NCBI GenBank assembly: GCA_040285825.1
Contig: JAUPSS010000003.1
Location: 1,736,001 to 1,800,000, forward strand
Direction: 5' to 3'
DNA length: 64,000 bases
From: Eukaryota sp. TZLM1-RC
Lineage: Eukaryota > Protista > Metamonada: BaSk clade
Shown: positions 34,272-45,900 of the stretch, piece by piece
Position numbering within the stretch: the first letter of the stretch is position 1
Layout: every line of letters begins with the position of its first letter
The notes under the pieces: generated by a model
Databases searched by the model: none
What the model saw: only the letters and a program-made list of their open reading frames with translations
Told to the model about the DNA's origin: nothing
Made by a program: the position numbers and the translations under genes

Positions 34272-35117
34272 TCACTGATATGCATAATCACTCCAATCAC
34301 TCCAATGAAATTCAACTTGCTCTAACAATTCCTTTCCCGAAATGGTAATCGTAGCTTCCGAAGAAACATAGATTAGAAATGTAAAATCATAATCAGTTGC
34401 ATAACATTCGCCACCATCAATTGCAGAATAGGCTGCATCAAAAATAGACGTATCTAATTCATAGTGAGAATTGCCAAAATCCCGAACAACATACAAACGA
34501 TCACAATTAAGTATAATTAAAAAATTCATTAATTGATCAATACCTATAAAAGTGGCAAAGTCAACCATATTAAAGGCTTCTGTGAATGGTGGGCGCTCTT
34601 CTACGATGGGGTACCATTGACTGTGTTCAGAGAATGGTTTGAACGATTCTACATTAAATTGAGAGACCAAATTGGATCTGATTGCTTCCACTTCCTTGAA
34701 ACTTAACGTTCTTCTGAAAGGGAGTGGTTCTATGGAAAAAAGGTGAGATTCAGGAAGGTTCTCTACAAAAGACACACATCTTCGTTTTTCTTCTTCAATG
34801 GCTTTGGACTCGAGTTCAGACGCTGTGACTACAAAAACATCGTGAGCTCCAAAAATAAGTTTAGATAGATACTTGCGAAATTCAACAACACGGTGATTGT
34901 TCAGGTCTACCTCTGGGTTGATTTTTTCAACTTCTCTCAAGATGAGTACAAGTGATCTATATCGAGCTATTCTGTCAAGTGTTGTTGGTGATTTAAGGAA
35001 GGAAGAGGGTAAGTTTTCTTCATAATCTTCCAGGTACTCTTCAAAAGATTCTACAAGATAAGCTCTTAGACAATGATGCAGTGCTTGGCACAAAAGGGTG
35101 TCAAAGCGATTGGACAT
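34272..35117 (-). CDS. Hypothetical protein, intronless
   Basis: 281-aa ATG-initiated ORF with globular composition; no recognised eukaryotic family. Confidence 0.7.
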   Translation of the reverse strand: MSNRFDTLLCQALHHCLRAYLVESFEEYLEDYEENLPSSFLKSPTTLDRIARYRSLVLILREVEKINPEVDLNNHRVVEFRKYLSKLIFGAHDVFVVTASELESKAIEEEKRRCVSFVENLPESHLFSIEPLPFRRTLSFKEVEAIRSNLVSQFNVESFKPFSEHSQWYPIVEERPPFTEAFNMVDFATFIGIDQLMNFLIILNCDRLYVVRDFGNSHYELDTSIFDAAYSAIDGGECYATDYDFTFLIYVSSEATITISGKELLEQVEFHWSDWSDYAYQ

Positions 35118-35479
35118 TGGCTAGTAGCACAAAAAGGTCAAGTAATAGTAGCCTGTTGAGATTACTGGAAGATGCTGATGAAATGGATCAAGTTTTTTTA
35201 AATAGAAACAACCGTTATATTAGTGATAGACAAGACATAGATTTGCTCTCTGACATTATTATGTACTTTACTTCTAAATGTAATAAAACGTTTACAGTTC
35301 AGAAGATGAGTAAACAAAAGATGTTTTCCACACTTTTTTGGATAATGTTTTTCGGAAAATAATGTCACCACTGTAGTGAATGGTGCTATTCGAGAACATA
35401 ACATTTCTGCAATATCAAAGTTTTATAAGGTTGTTGATAAAGGTACCCTTTCAAAAAAAAATTGAATATTGAATCAGAG

Positions 35480-35853
35480 TATGTAGTTTTCCGATATTGT
35501 TTCAAAGAAGGTTGTTGAGGGTCGACTCCGGGGCAAAATTAATTCAGAGTATTTGGAGATAAAAGCTCTTGGAATTCCTCTCATAAATATAATACAAACA
35601 TCAATAGATCTGTAGCATTTTTGGATTTTTTCATTTGAGGATAGTAACAAATCCCAGATTTTATCAGAGAGAAAAGCATCCAGTTACTATTTGTCATATT
35701 TTATTAGCATGTAATAGTGAGAGTTGCAAACTCAGTAAGAAAGGCTCAACAAAGCTCTTCAATAGAAAAAAGCTGGCTTGTTTGAACATGTTTGCAATTA
35801 CTGAAGCCGGAATGAGTGGTAATGAAAGGCCTCAGTATCTGTGCAGTAGATAG
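35480..35853 (+). pseudogene. Fanzor C-terminal relic
   Basis: CHILLACNSESC..LFNRKKLACLNM..GNERPQYLCSR matches the Fanzor1 Zn ribbon/RuvC-III/RP-YL tail; decayed TPG motif upstream. Confidence 0.7.
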
Positions 35854-35856
35854 TTT

Positions 35857-35915
35857 TTGTAATTATTCCACACGAAAATTGAGCGTGTATTTATGGGAAA
35901 TTCCCACACTTACAA
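35857..35915 (+). ncRNA. Candidate Fanzor omega-RNA scaffold
   Basis: Directly after the stop; TTGTAA/TTACAA closing stem around ACACG/CGTGT and TGGGAA/TTCCCA hairpins. Confidence 0.35.
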
Positions 35916-36399
35916 GTTAAATGATAGGGCCCTTTAGTTATAGTTTCTTCAACTATTTGATTGATGTACAATTGTTTTTCAACGCTATTGTCAATGACGA
36001 GTGGTTTCCTTGCTTTGGTTTAACTAAAAGTAGTGCTAAACTTTTATAGGATGTAATGTACTTTTTGGTAGCAATAAATTTCTATTTTCCAAGTTGGATC
36101 GTTTCGTTTATGTTGATATAATAAATGAATGGCTGAAACAAAAATCATATTGCAAGCTGATCTTCAAACTCCATTCATAGTTCATGATACCAAGCATTAT
36201 GTATCAAGCATAAAATTTGTAGCAATTATGGTGTTTCTTTTAGAAAAAACCAAAAAGGTAAAACTGCAGATCGATACTTGAAATGAAGAATAGAAGATAA
36301 CTACCAACCTCCTCTAAAAATCCCCCAAGAAATACATCCCTCGAAATGAAATGAATTTGCTATTGTTTTAAAAAAAAATTGGTTCAATTATGTAAAGGA

Positions 36400-37503
36400 A
36401 AGTATGCTATCAATATTTTCTGGAGATTCTTTGGCTCTTTTTGTGCTCCTTTTGAACAAAATTTTGTTGAAAATTCTGTAGATAACTAATAATGCACCAC
36501 GAGAAGTTTCATCTGAGAAATTGAGCAAATTGTTTGAAGATAAATGCTTTCATAACAAGTGGTCTAGTGTTTTGTCTACTTTAAATCCAGGAGTCAAAGC
36601 CGCCAATAATCAAGAAACTGTAGATAAACTCAAGATCCTACATCCATTTGAAAACCCAATAATGGATTATAATTATTATGGAGATTACTGGGCCATTCAT
36701 TGATGACATCAGAGGTATTTTCAGTGATCAAAAAGCGGTCATGTGAAAAGTTTGCAGGTCTTTCTGGGCTTTCTATTGATCATATCAAAGCTGCGGTTTT
36801 TTCTTTAGAAGATAGTCTATTTTTGTTAAACAAATTTTTGAATAGAGTATTATCTGGTCAACTCAAATATCCTGAAGAATTAGAATGTTCACGATTGACT
36901 ACACTTGTAAAGAACTCAAAATTGGATGTTCGTCCAATTGCAGTCTCTGAAAGTTTGCACAACATTTTTTGTGCTTGCTGCTTCAATAAATTCAATGAAA
37001 AAGCAAAAATAATTTTGTTGCCGTTTAATATGGAATCAATACGACTGACGGAGTTGCTTCAGCAGTATTTGCTACAGATGTTCTATTTCATCAAAATGAA
37101 TTTACTGTTTGTATGTTGTTGCATTTTAGCAATACATTCAATTCAATTGATGTAGAAAAATGGAGTCGATGCTTTTTCCAATCATTCAATGGTAGTATTC
37201 CTGAAAAGAATTTTTTAAATTTAAAATACACTCTTCGAACATTACAGAAACGATTGACTGGAATGTATGAAGATGATCTTTATAATATTATATGCAGCTC
37301 GGCTGTTTTAAATCGAGATCTTCACTCATTGTTATTGGAAAAAGGTGTTTGTGAAAATAAGTCATCAGATTCTTCACTTTTTGTAACCATTGTACCACGA
37401 AGATTTGGATTGTGTGCCATTAATGAAGCATTTGTAACAAAATTGAGACTATAATTGAATATACCCATTAATCAATAATTATTAAAAGAAAAATGTATTT
37501 GTT
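36400..37503 (+). mobile_element. Non-LTR family A relic with internal deletion of the RT core
   Basis: Strong nucleotide similarity to 2650-2945 and 3830-4190; jumps from SNTFNS directly to IDVEKW. Confidence 0.9.
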
Positions 37504-37977
37504 CCTTGACATGCTCAACACGTCCTAGCTGAGATAAGGGCTCATTGTGCTTTTTGATTTTGCACTTTTCAGCAAAGCAGAGCGCAGTTTCATCCTTATT
37601 GGCATATCCAATTGCTGAATCCTTACAAACATCAACAGTGACAACATCGACAACTTTTATCACACCATCAGACCCTGGTGTAATTAAATCAACACGGCGT
37701 TTCCCAAAAGTATTTTCATCTTCATTTTCAGGTGACAACTTACGCACAAGAGGTTCAACAAAAGCTTCAATGCGATGACTTTTGCACATAGCGTATAGTT
37801 GGTCTCTCACAGCATCGTGAACAAATATGTAATATTAAATTTACAATTGAATAAATGATTCAAATTGATGAGCTGACCATAACGACAAATCAAATCATTT
37901 GGCACACTGCATGGCCACAGAAAACACCTCAACCTTAGGGCAGTTGTCCATTGATCATCATTCAACAATTAACCATA
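37504..37977 (-). mobile_element. Non-LTR family B relic (RLE region), interrupted by the LTR insertion; continues at 52528-52650
   Basis: RDQLYAMCKS..EPLVRKLS..GKRRVDL..LGRVEHVK homologous to 60950-61420. Confidence 0.9.
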
Positions 37978-38056
37978 TGTTGGCGCCCTAAGGCTTATAT
38001 AATATGAATAGAAAATAAATCAGACTTTTCTTTACTACAATAGACTTTAGGCAACA
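37978..38056 (+). repeat. 5' LTR of outer element (79 bp)
   Basis: TGTTGGCGCC..GGCAACA, repeated at 52449-52527. Confidence 0.95.
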
Positions 38057-38330
38057 ATAATTATTGGCCATTTTAAAGTCAAAAGGTATACCATAACTTC
38101 AGCACTTTACTAGTAAACATCCCCAGAAACCAGAAACCTTTACAGCATGTCAGACATCTTTCAGCAAGATATCTCTGACCCCAATTCCTCACCTAACATG
38201 CAGCAACAGGAACCAGCGAACATACACATATACATAATAAAGAGGGTAACGAGGCAACGGACCAGGATCCCACCTCCCCTCCCTAAAAGTAGAAGAAGAT
38301 GAAAGAGCGGACGAGGTCCCTCAACCTTCA

Positions 38331-38480
38331 GCAATGGAAGAGGTAACGAGAACGGACCCGGCTCCCTCTCCCCTCAAAGCAATGGAAGAGGCAACGAGAA
38401 CGGACCCGGCTCCCTCTCCCCTCAAGTATACAGAATTGTCCTCGGAGGCAACGAGAACGGACCGGGCTCAATCTCCCCTC
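38331..38480 (+). repeat. 48-bp-unit tandem repeat in the pre-Gag region
   Basis: Encodes MEE(V/A)TRTDPAPSPLK repeats; third copy diverged. Confidence 0.85.
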
Positions 38481-39486
38481 CCAATTCTAGAACCTGTCTC
38501 AAAGGGAACGGATGGAAATCCCACCTTAGACACGTCTTCCCCATTAGGAGAATATGAAGAAATTCAATCTCAAGGATGAAATGGAGGGAGAAGACGACTC
38601 ATCCGAGGGGTTCTACAAGTTTTTAAGAGAGGATGCAGAGGCTTACCTCGAACCAACAGATTTCTGTCTGTTCGAGCAGCTTCCCCCGCTATGGAGTTAC
38701 ATTCAAAAAAGAGGCAGAAACGTTGGTTTCCAGACCCTCGGAACGATTGGGGATACCCAAAAGGTATTGGAAATTGTCCTCAATGAAAGGAATGAACTCA
38801 TAAAGGCTCTCGATAAATTGAGTAGAGATACATTCGGGCGTAACGCAGAGCGACGCCACAGCGTCTCGGGTATGGACAAGAAAATCAACGAAAGGATGTC
38901 CCTTCCCATCAAAGACAGATTGGATTGGAAGGCCTCCTTCCTAGATCAACACGGTAGGAGAATAAGGTTTCTCTCCATCGAGCAGAGAAGTAGGACCGAC
39001 TCGGAAGACATCCTACAATCCAAATTGCCTGCCTGGTTTGATCCTAACTTTGATACGGAAATCCATAATTACACGGAGCTGACAGAGGGCGCTCCCACAT
39101 ATTTTAGGGAATTTATGGAGCAAGAGGATAGTAGTGAACAAGACAAGCTTGAACCAGTAACACCCTGGTTTGACGCAGATGCTCTGAATAACATTCATAC
39201 GGAACGATCAGCTGTATCCACGTATGGGAGCCGTCCTAACAACTACATTCAACAACGAGGTAACTCGTTCACGAAACAACGAGAGTTTAGACAATGGGTA
39301 ACGGGAAATCCATCCAGTTCTCTACCTTCCCAAATTGCCTGTTGTAGCTCCTATAGTTTTTGAAAAAAGCCAACCAATACAGGTCTGCTCCATCGACAGC
39401 ATACCCGAACACGTTCCAACAGTGAACGTCCCGGAACCTATAACAAGACAAGACGTTGCACCTCAGGACCAACTATCTCCCAACCT

Positions 39487-42400
39487 ATGGAAAGTGAAAT
39501 TGGAGAAGACATAGAGTTGAGCGGGCCAATCGTTGGAGAAACGGCTCCTCCTCAACCCTCAGTAAAAAACTCTTCTTCCGATAGACCTATGCGTATTGAA
39601 GACTTACAAACCTCAAGAAGAGCTATTGACATGAGCATAGCTAGTAGCCTTCATAGACAGATTGATCCGCAGTCTAAGGATATCGACTATAAAAGACCTC
39701 GATTATTCGCTGATGACCCTATCAAGAAAATGTCTATCATAGCTTTTCTTTTAAAATATCAAACTTGGGATAAATACGGGCGAAAGATAGCTAATAGAAG
39801 CTTTGAAGCCCCAGGTCAATCAGATTGGACCAGAGCCTTTATGATAGCTACCCAGCTATTTGGAGAAGGCCAAGCAGAAATAACCCAAGATAGGATTAAA
39901 GATCTCCCCAAACATATACGCGACGAGATCACCAGATATACAACACAGCCTTTGGTAAGAATTGACCCAGCTATAACAAATAAGCTCGGACCACCAATCC
40001 ACCATTATGATTTATTTAGGGGCATGATGATGAGCACTTGCCCTACAAGAATATCCAGCATGATCGACCCTAGCCTTCTATCTAGATGGCAGAGTCAAGG
40101 TTTACTCGGTGTTGATTATACCGACGCCGACGTCATGGTATTTCTGTTAAAAAGAACGCAATTCACATCATATCATGAGGCTTGTACAGCTCTAATGAAG
40201 CCTAGAATTAACTGGAGAAAAATCCACAATAGGCATGAGGCTGACAACGAGTTTGCCCGTTATGTAGAAGATTTTGGAGACGTCTTGAGAATGACCACCT
40301 ACATGACCGACCTAACCATCCCCGATTTAATTAGAGGAAGCAGTGGGCTGATAACCATATCTCCCGCTCTAATAGTCGAGTACTTCCTTATGGGTTTGGA
40401 TAACTTTGCTATATCAAGCGAACTCCTCCCAGTATGGACCAGGGAATCTTTGTGGGACTCACCGAACAGAACAACTCTACTTGATTTGATATCGACAACG
40501 AGAAGACATTTCCTCGCTTGGTGCTTCACAGCAGGAAATAAGCCCACAATGCATGTACTAAGGAACAGGGCTAACGAAGAAGATATTCCTTTGGGACTCA
40601 CGGCGATGAGAACTTACTCAAGAGGAGTAACACCATCAGCCCAGGCTCCAACAAAACGAGCAAGACGATCAGGTGGAAAGTCAAGAGGAACCCCTCAACA
40701 CAAATACACCCCTGAAAAGCATGAACGAGAAGGGTCAAAATTCTGTACATTCTGCAGTAACGTCGAAGATAACAATCCTGTTGGCCACACTGTATTCGAA
40801 TGCAAAGACCCTCGTTGTCCCAGAAGCAGAGTTCCCAAAGAAGAAAGATTTAGACTAGGAGAACAAGAGACGCCTGCTAGTAGAGGCAGTGTAGAAAGGG
40901 GCCGAGGTGGCCGTGGTAGACGTGTACATAGATTTAAATTTAGAGGCCGTGGAGGCCGTTTTAGAGGTCATAAAGGAAGAGGTCAGTATAGACCTATTTA
41001 TAACATCAATACTACAGAGGATATATCATCAAACGCATCCCCTACTGAGTCAAAACCGACCCGTTCGAGTACGGTTCCTCACAGACGGATCAACAACAGC
41101 AATCGGAACAGCAGGACAGGCAACTTTCCTAATCGGGTACATATCAACGCAATCAATCACAATCAATCAACAACCGATTTAGGAAACCCGGTCAACAAGT
41201 TTCCAACAGCTCAACAAAATCTTTTAATTCCTCTACAAATTCACCAAACCAGCTCTGATATCAATAGTTTTTTTGATATTAATTCTACGGTTAGTGAAAA
41301 CCACATCAGGTCCCCGCGTTCTCCATTTCTAAGACTGGAGATATCAATAAATGATATTAAAATGATTGCGACTATAGATTCGGCTGCGTTTTGTTCAGTT
41401 ATTACTGCAGATTTAGCTGAACAATGCCATATGTCAATCAATAGCAAGGATACTATTAAGTTCTTACCAGCTAATAACGTATCCACAAAATCGCTAGGGA
41501 GTGCAACTGGTATTCTGTCGTTCAACGTAGGAAGCATTGCGCAACAAGTTCATTATAAACATACTCTTCCCATAGTTCCGGGTTCGAACAAATTATTAAT
41601 AGGGACAGACATGTTAAAAGCACTTGGGCTTCAGACGGATGATGGTCTTTTCATTAGATTAGACAAAGAACACCGCACTTTGTTAAATGCAGAATCAGAA
41701 TTCGACTCTAGGATCGCTCAACATTCGATTGGGAACTTAGATAACCAATCACCAAGTCCTTCTGATTTTGAGGAGCAATTAGCAAGATCTGGATGTGAGA
41801 TAAATTTAGATGATAGTAATAATAAATTAAAATTAACGAGTCTACTAAAATTATTCAGCGATGTTTTTAGTGAAACTCCTAATAGAAAAGGAATCGATTG
41901 TAATCCTCTAACAATCCCCTTTAGAGATGAGAATGCTATAGTACACAAGCCTGCTAGACGGTTAAATCCCAGCAAAATGGAAATAGCAAACAAAATATTT
42001 GATGAACTGGTCGAAATGGGCTATGCAGTTGAATCTAATTATAAATTCAGCTATCCTATTGTCTTAGTTATATATCCTGACAGCAAGAAACCCAGGTTAA
42101 CTGGAGACTTTAGTGGTAAAGATGGAGTTAATGTTCATACGATTTCAGTAGAGCCTAATCTACCTAGGATTAGTGATATTTTAGAATTTTTGAGTAGAGC
42201 AAATTACATCGCCACGCTTGATTTACCAAAAGCTTTCTGGCAGATGAATGTAGCTGAGAAGGATATTGAGAAAACATCAATCTCAATTCCTGGAAGGTCA
42301 ATCATGTTTAAAAGAGCTTGCTTTGGATTAAAGAACATCCCAGCAGTTTTTCAAAACGTAATGATGGAAATTTTCCAAATAGACGGCGTTTTCATATACA

Positions 42401-42763
42401 TTGACGATATCATAATAGTTGGAACGACATTCGAAGAATTTTATAAGAGATTACAAAGAGTCCTCCAATGCGCCAGAAATAGACGTGTAAATATAGGCTT
42501 ACGTAAATGTAAATTCGTAACATCAAAACACCCTATCGACATTTTAGGAAGTACCTTCCAGGATAAAACTAAATTTATAAGTAAGAAAAAAATCGAAGCC
42601 TTGATGAGAATCCCTAGACCAAAAACAGTGAAAGAAGTTCACTCATTGGTAGGATCCATCAATTATATTAGAGATTGGCTTCCAGGTATTTCTGAATTAA
42701 TCGCTCCAATTAACGAGCTAATCAAAGGAAAACCCAGAATAATTAAATGGACTAGCAAGCATG
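39487..42763 (+). CDS. Outer element Gag-PR-RT (cut by the nested element)
   Basis: Cys/His knuckle CTFC..H..EC..C, RG-rich tract, protease IDSAA, RT LDLPKAFWQ, FGLKN, YIDD. Confidence 0.92.
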
Positions 42764-42903
42764 TGATGATCTGTGGGGGTTAGACATTGAGTATACCTTA
42801 AATGTAATTTATTACAGGGAAATAAGGATTTCCCTAAACTTAAGCGCATAGGCGCAATAAATACAAATACTATTAATAAACTATAAATAAACTATTATAA
42901 ATA

Positions 42904-45900
42904 TTATCCAAGGCTAACACTGCCCTTTCTTCTTTTCGAGCGTCGAGGCCTGATAGGAGTTGGATTAACATTATTGTTAATATTAACAGAACGACGTTTA
43001 CGGCGTGAAGGACGAGAGCGAGTATTAGAAACAGACTTGGAGAATTCTTTATAGGCAGAGGTGTTTTGAACAGTCGAAACCAGCTCAGTGGTAATATGAT
43101 TGCCAGGCCATTGGACTTGACAGTAATCACCATCCTGACTGAGGACTTTCTGGATCACGTGCTCTTCTGCATCGCCAGCAGCAACCCAGGAGTGAAATTC
43201 ATCATCTACTGGTAAACTGGAATGCCAAGGTTGGAGGTGCTTCACACTGGCTTTAACAACCATACCAGTACACAGGTTCTTGATGTCAGCTGTGGAGGTA
43301 GAGGGTGTGTCGATAACTAAGAATGGTCCTTTGTAGTTACCATGTAACTTAGCAGTGGAAGACGAAGCTCGTTTGACCAATTGGCCAGGAGAGAAAGGGT
43401 TGGCTTCGATTTGGGAATCACGAGGAGGAGCCTTGGAAGCTTGACGGAGCTCTGCTTCCTCCTGTTTCTTCTTCAATCTGGCAAATTTGGATTGAATGTT
43501 GTTGATGTAGGTTGACTCAGACGTTGAGCTTTCGAGGGTCTCTATGATTTTGCCGGGGTCAGCTCTTGGGCTAAAATCTGAACCAAACATGAGCTCGTAT
43601 GGTGAGTAACCTGTAATCGAACTCTTGGATGAGTTGATTAACAATTGTACATAGGGTATGTACTCTGACCATGCGTCGTAGGCGTTAAAATCTACGAGCA
43701 GCTTCCTCAAGTTCTGCAAAATGTCGCGGTGACGGCGTTCGACTAAACCGTTGGACTGAGAGAAGTGAGGGACGGACTTTGAGACCTCTATGCCCAAAAA
43801 CTCACATAGAGCGTCGAAAACAGCTTTAGAGAACTCAGGACCGTTGTCACTATGAACTATGAACGGGATCCCGAATATCGCGCATACCTTCCATATGAGA
43901 GCGTCAGCGGTAAGGTTGGCGTTGAGTTCTTTGAGGGGGACTATGATAGTGAACCTCGTGAAGCTATCCACAAATACAAGAATGTATCTGTGGCCGTCTT
44001 GATCTTCAGGAAGAGGACCAATGACGTCGACGTTAACTCTTGCGAATGGTCTGTCAGCCCACAAGGAACCAGTTGTAGGGACATGCAGTTTGGGGACTGC
44101 TGCTGTCTTCTGACAGGAGGGGCATTCTTGGACGTGCTTGGTCATGTCTGAAAGCATGTTAGGCCACCAGTAGTCGCTGTTCTTGAGTCTGAGGAGACTT
44201 TCTGCCTTACTGGGGTGGCCACCTTGCGGGAGTCCATGTAGAAGGTTAAGCGTATCCTTAACCAGTGATTGAGGAATCACGATCTTGTGCTCTGGAGTCA
44301 GATAAAGATCTAGACGATTATCCAAAGTACAGTTGTTAAATGAGGTGTCCTGGTTAGCGAGGGCTCGCTTTTGTTCGGACCTGATCTTGCAGAGCCATGG
44401 CTCGAAGAGTGGAAGGTCATTGGAGCATCTGTCTTGAAGGATGAGCACCTTCTCAAATGTATGGAGATCTTCAACGAAGCATCTCTCTGACTCAGTTTCG
44501 TCAATCCTATTTGTGTAGTAGATAGGGTGAAACTCTTGGTCATTAGAATGTACCAGATGGTTGATGGTATGATTGTCTTGGGGCGGTACTATCCTAGATA
44601 GCATGTCTGCCCAATGGTTCTCTTCCCCTTTGTATGAACTATGTCGAATAGGAACTCAGAAAAGATGGGAAGCCACCTTCTGACTATTCTGTTTTTGTTC
44701 GGAGCGGTGAGCATGTAAGTAAGGTTTTGGTGATCTGTGAAAATGATCAGGCGCCTTCCTTTGAGGTAGTTCTCGAAGCCACTTTCGGTAAGCATGAGAA
44801 GGATAGCGTAAAGCTCTTTCTGTACCGTGGGCCAGTTCTGCTGGGAGTTAGTCAACAATCTGCTGAAGAAGCTGATTGGTCTACATTTCCTATTGAGTAA
44901 GGAAGTACCAGGGTCCTTAGTGGGTTCTAATTGTTCCCAAATCACGCCGCCAACTGCTATATCAGAGGCATCGCAACTAATTAGTACTTGGTTATCCACC
45001 GGAGGAAAGTTTAGAGGCATATGCTCCGCGATCAGGCGTTTGATTTCGGCTAAATGGTGGTCGTGAGTGTCTTTCCACTGCAGGCGACGTGGTTTGCCGT
45101 GTGTTAGTTTGATGATCGGGGCAACATGCTTGGTTACCTGGGGAAGCCATTCCCTAATGAAGTTGACTGAGCCGATAAGGCTACGGGCGTCTTTCACAGT
45201 CTTAGGTCTGGGAAGATTCAGTAAAGACTCTGTGCGTGTAGGATCAATGGTCCTGGTTTTGTGTTGGAATCTGCTACCAAGGATCTTTATTGGGTGTCTA
45301 GAGGACACAAAATGGCACTTGGGCAGTCCAAGGCTAACTCTACGGGTTCGAGCCTTCTCGAGGACACGTCTTAGACGTCCGAGGAACTCGTTGAAAGTTC
45401 TACCTACTATAATGATGTCATCTATATAGATGAATACACCGTCTCCGGAGAAGATGTCTGCCATAACGTTCTGGAAAACTGCAGGAACGTTCTTGAGGCC
45501 GAAAGCAGCACGTTTAAACATGATGCTTTTGCCAGGGATGCTTAAGGCAGTCTTCTCCCAGTCCTTTTCTGCAATTTTTAGTTGCCAAAAGGCTTTGGGG
45601 AGGTCAAGGGTACCGATGAAATTGGCTTCTGAAAGGAAGACTAGCACATCGGATATTCTGGGGAGATTAGGTTCAACGGGAATAGTGTTGGCGTTGACTC
45701 CGTCCTTGCCGCTGTAATCACCAGTAAGACGAGGCTTACGATGATCAGGGTATACCACAAGACATACTGGAGAGCTGAACTCATGGTTCGATGGTACAGC
45801 AAATCCAGACTCGACGAGTTCATCGAAGATCTGTTCGGCGACTTTCTGTTTCTCGGGGTTAACCTACGAGGGGGTCGTCTGACTCGAATACTTTCATCGT

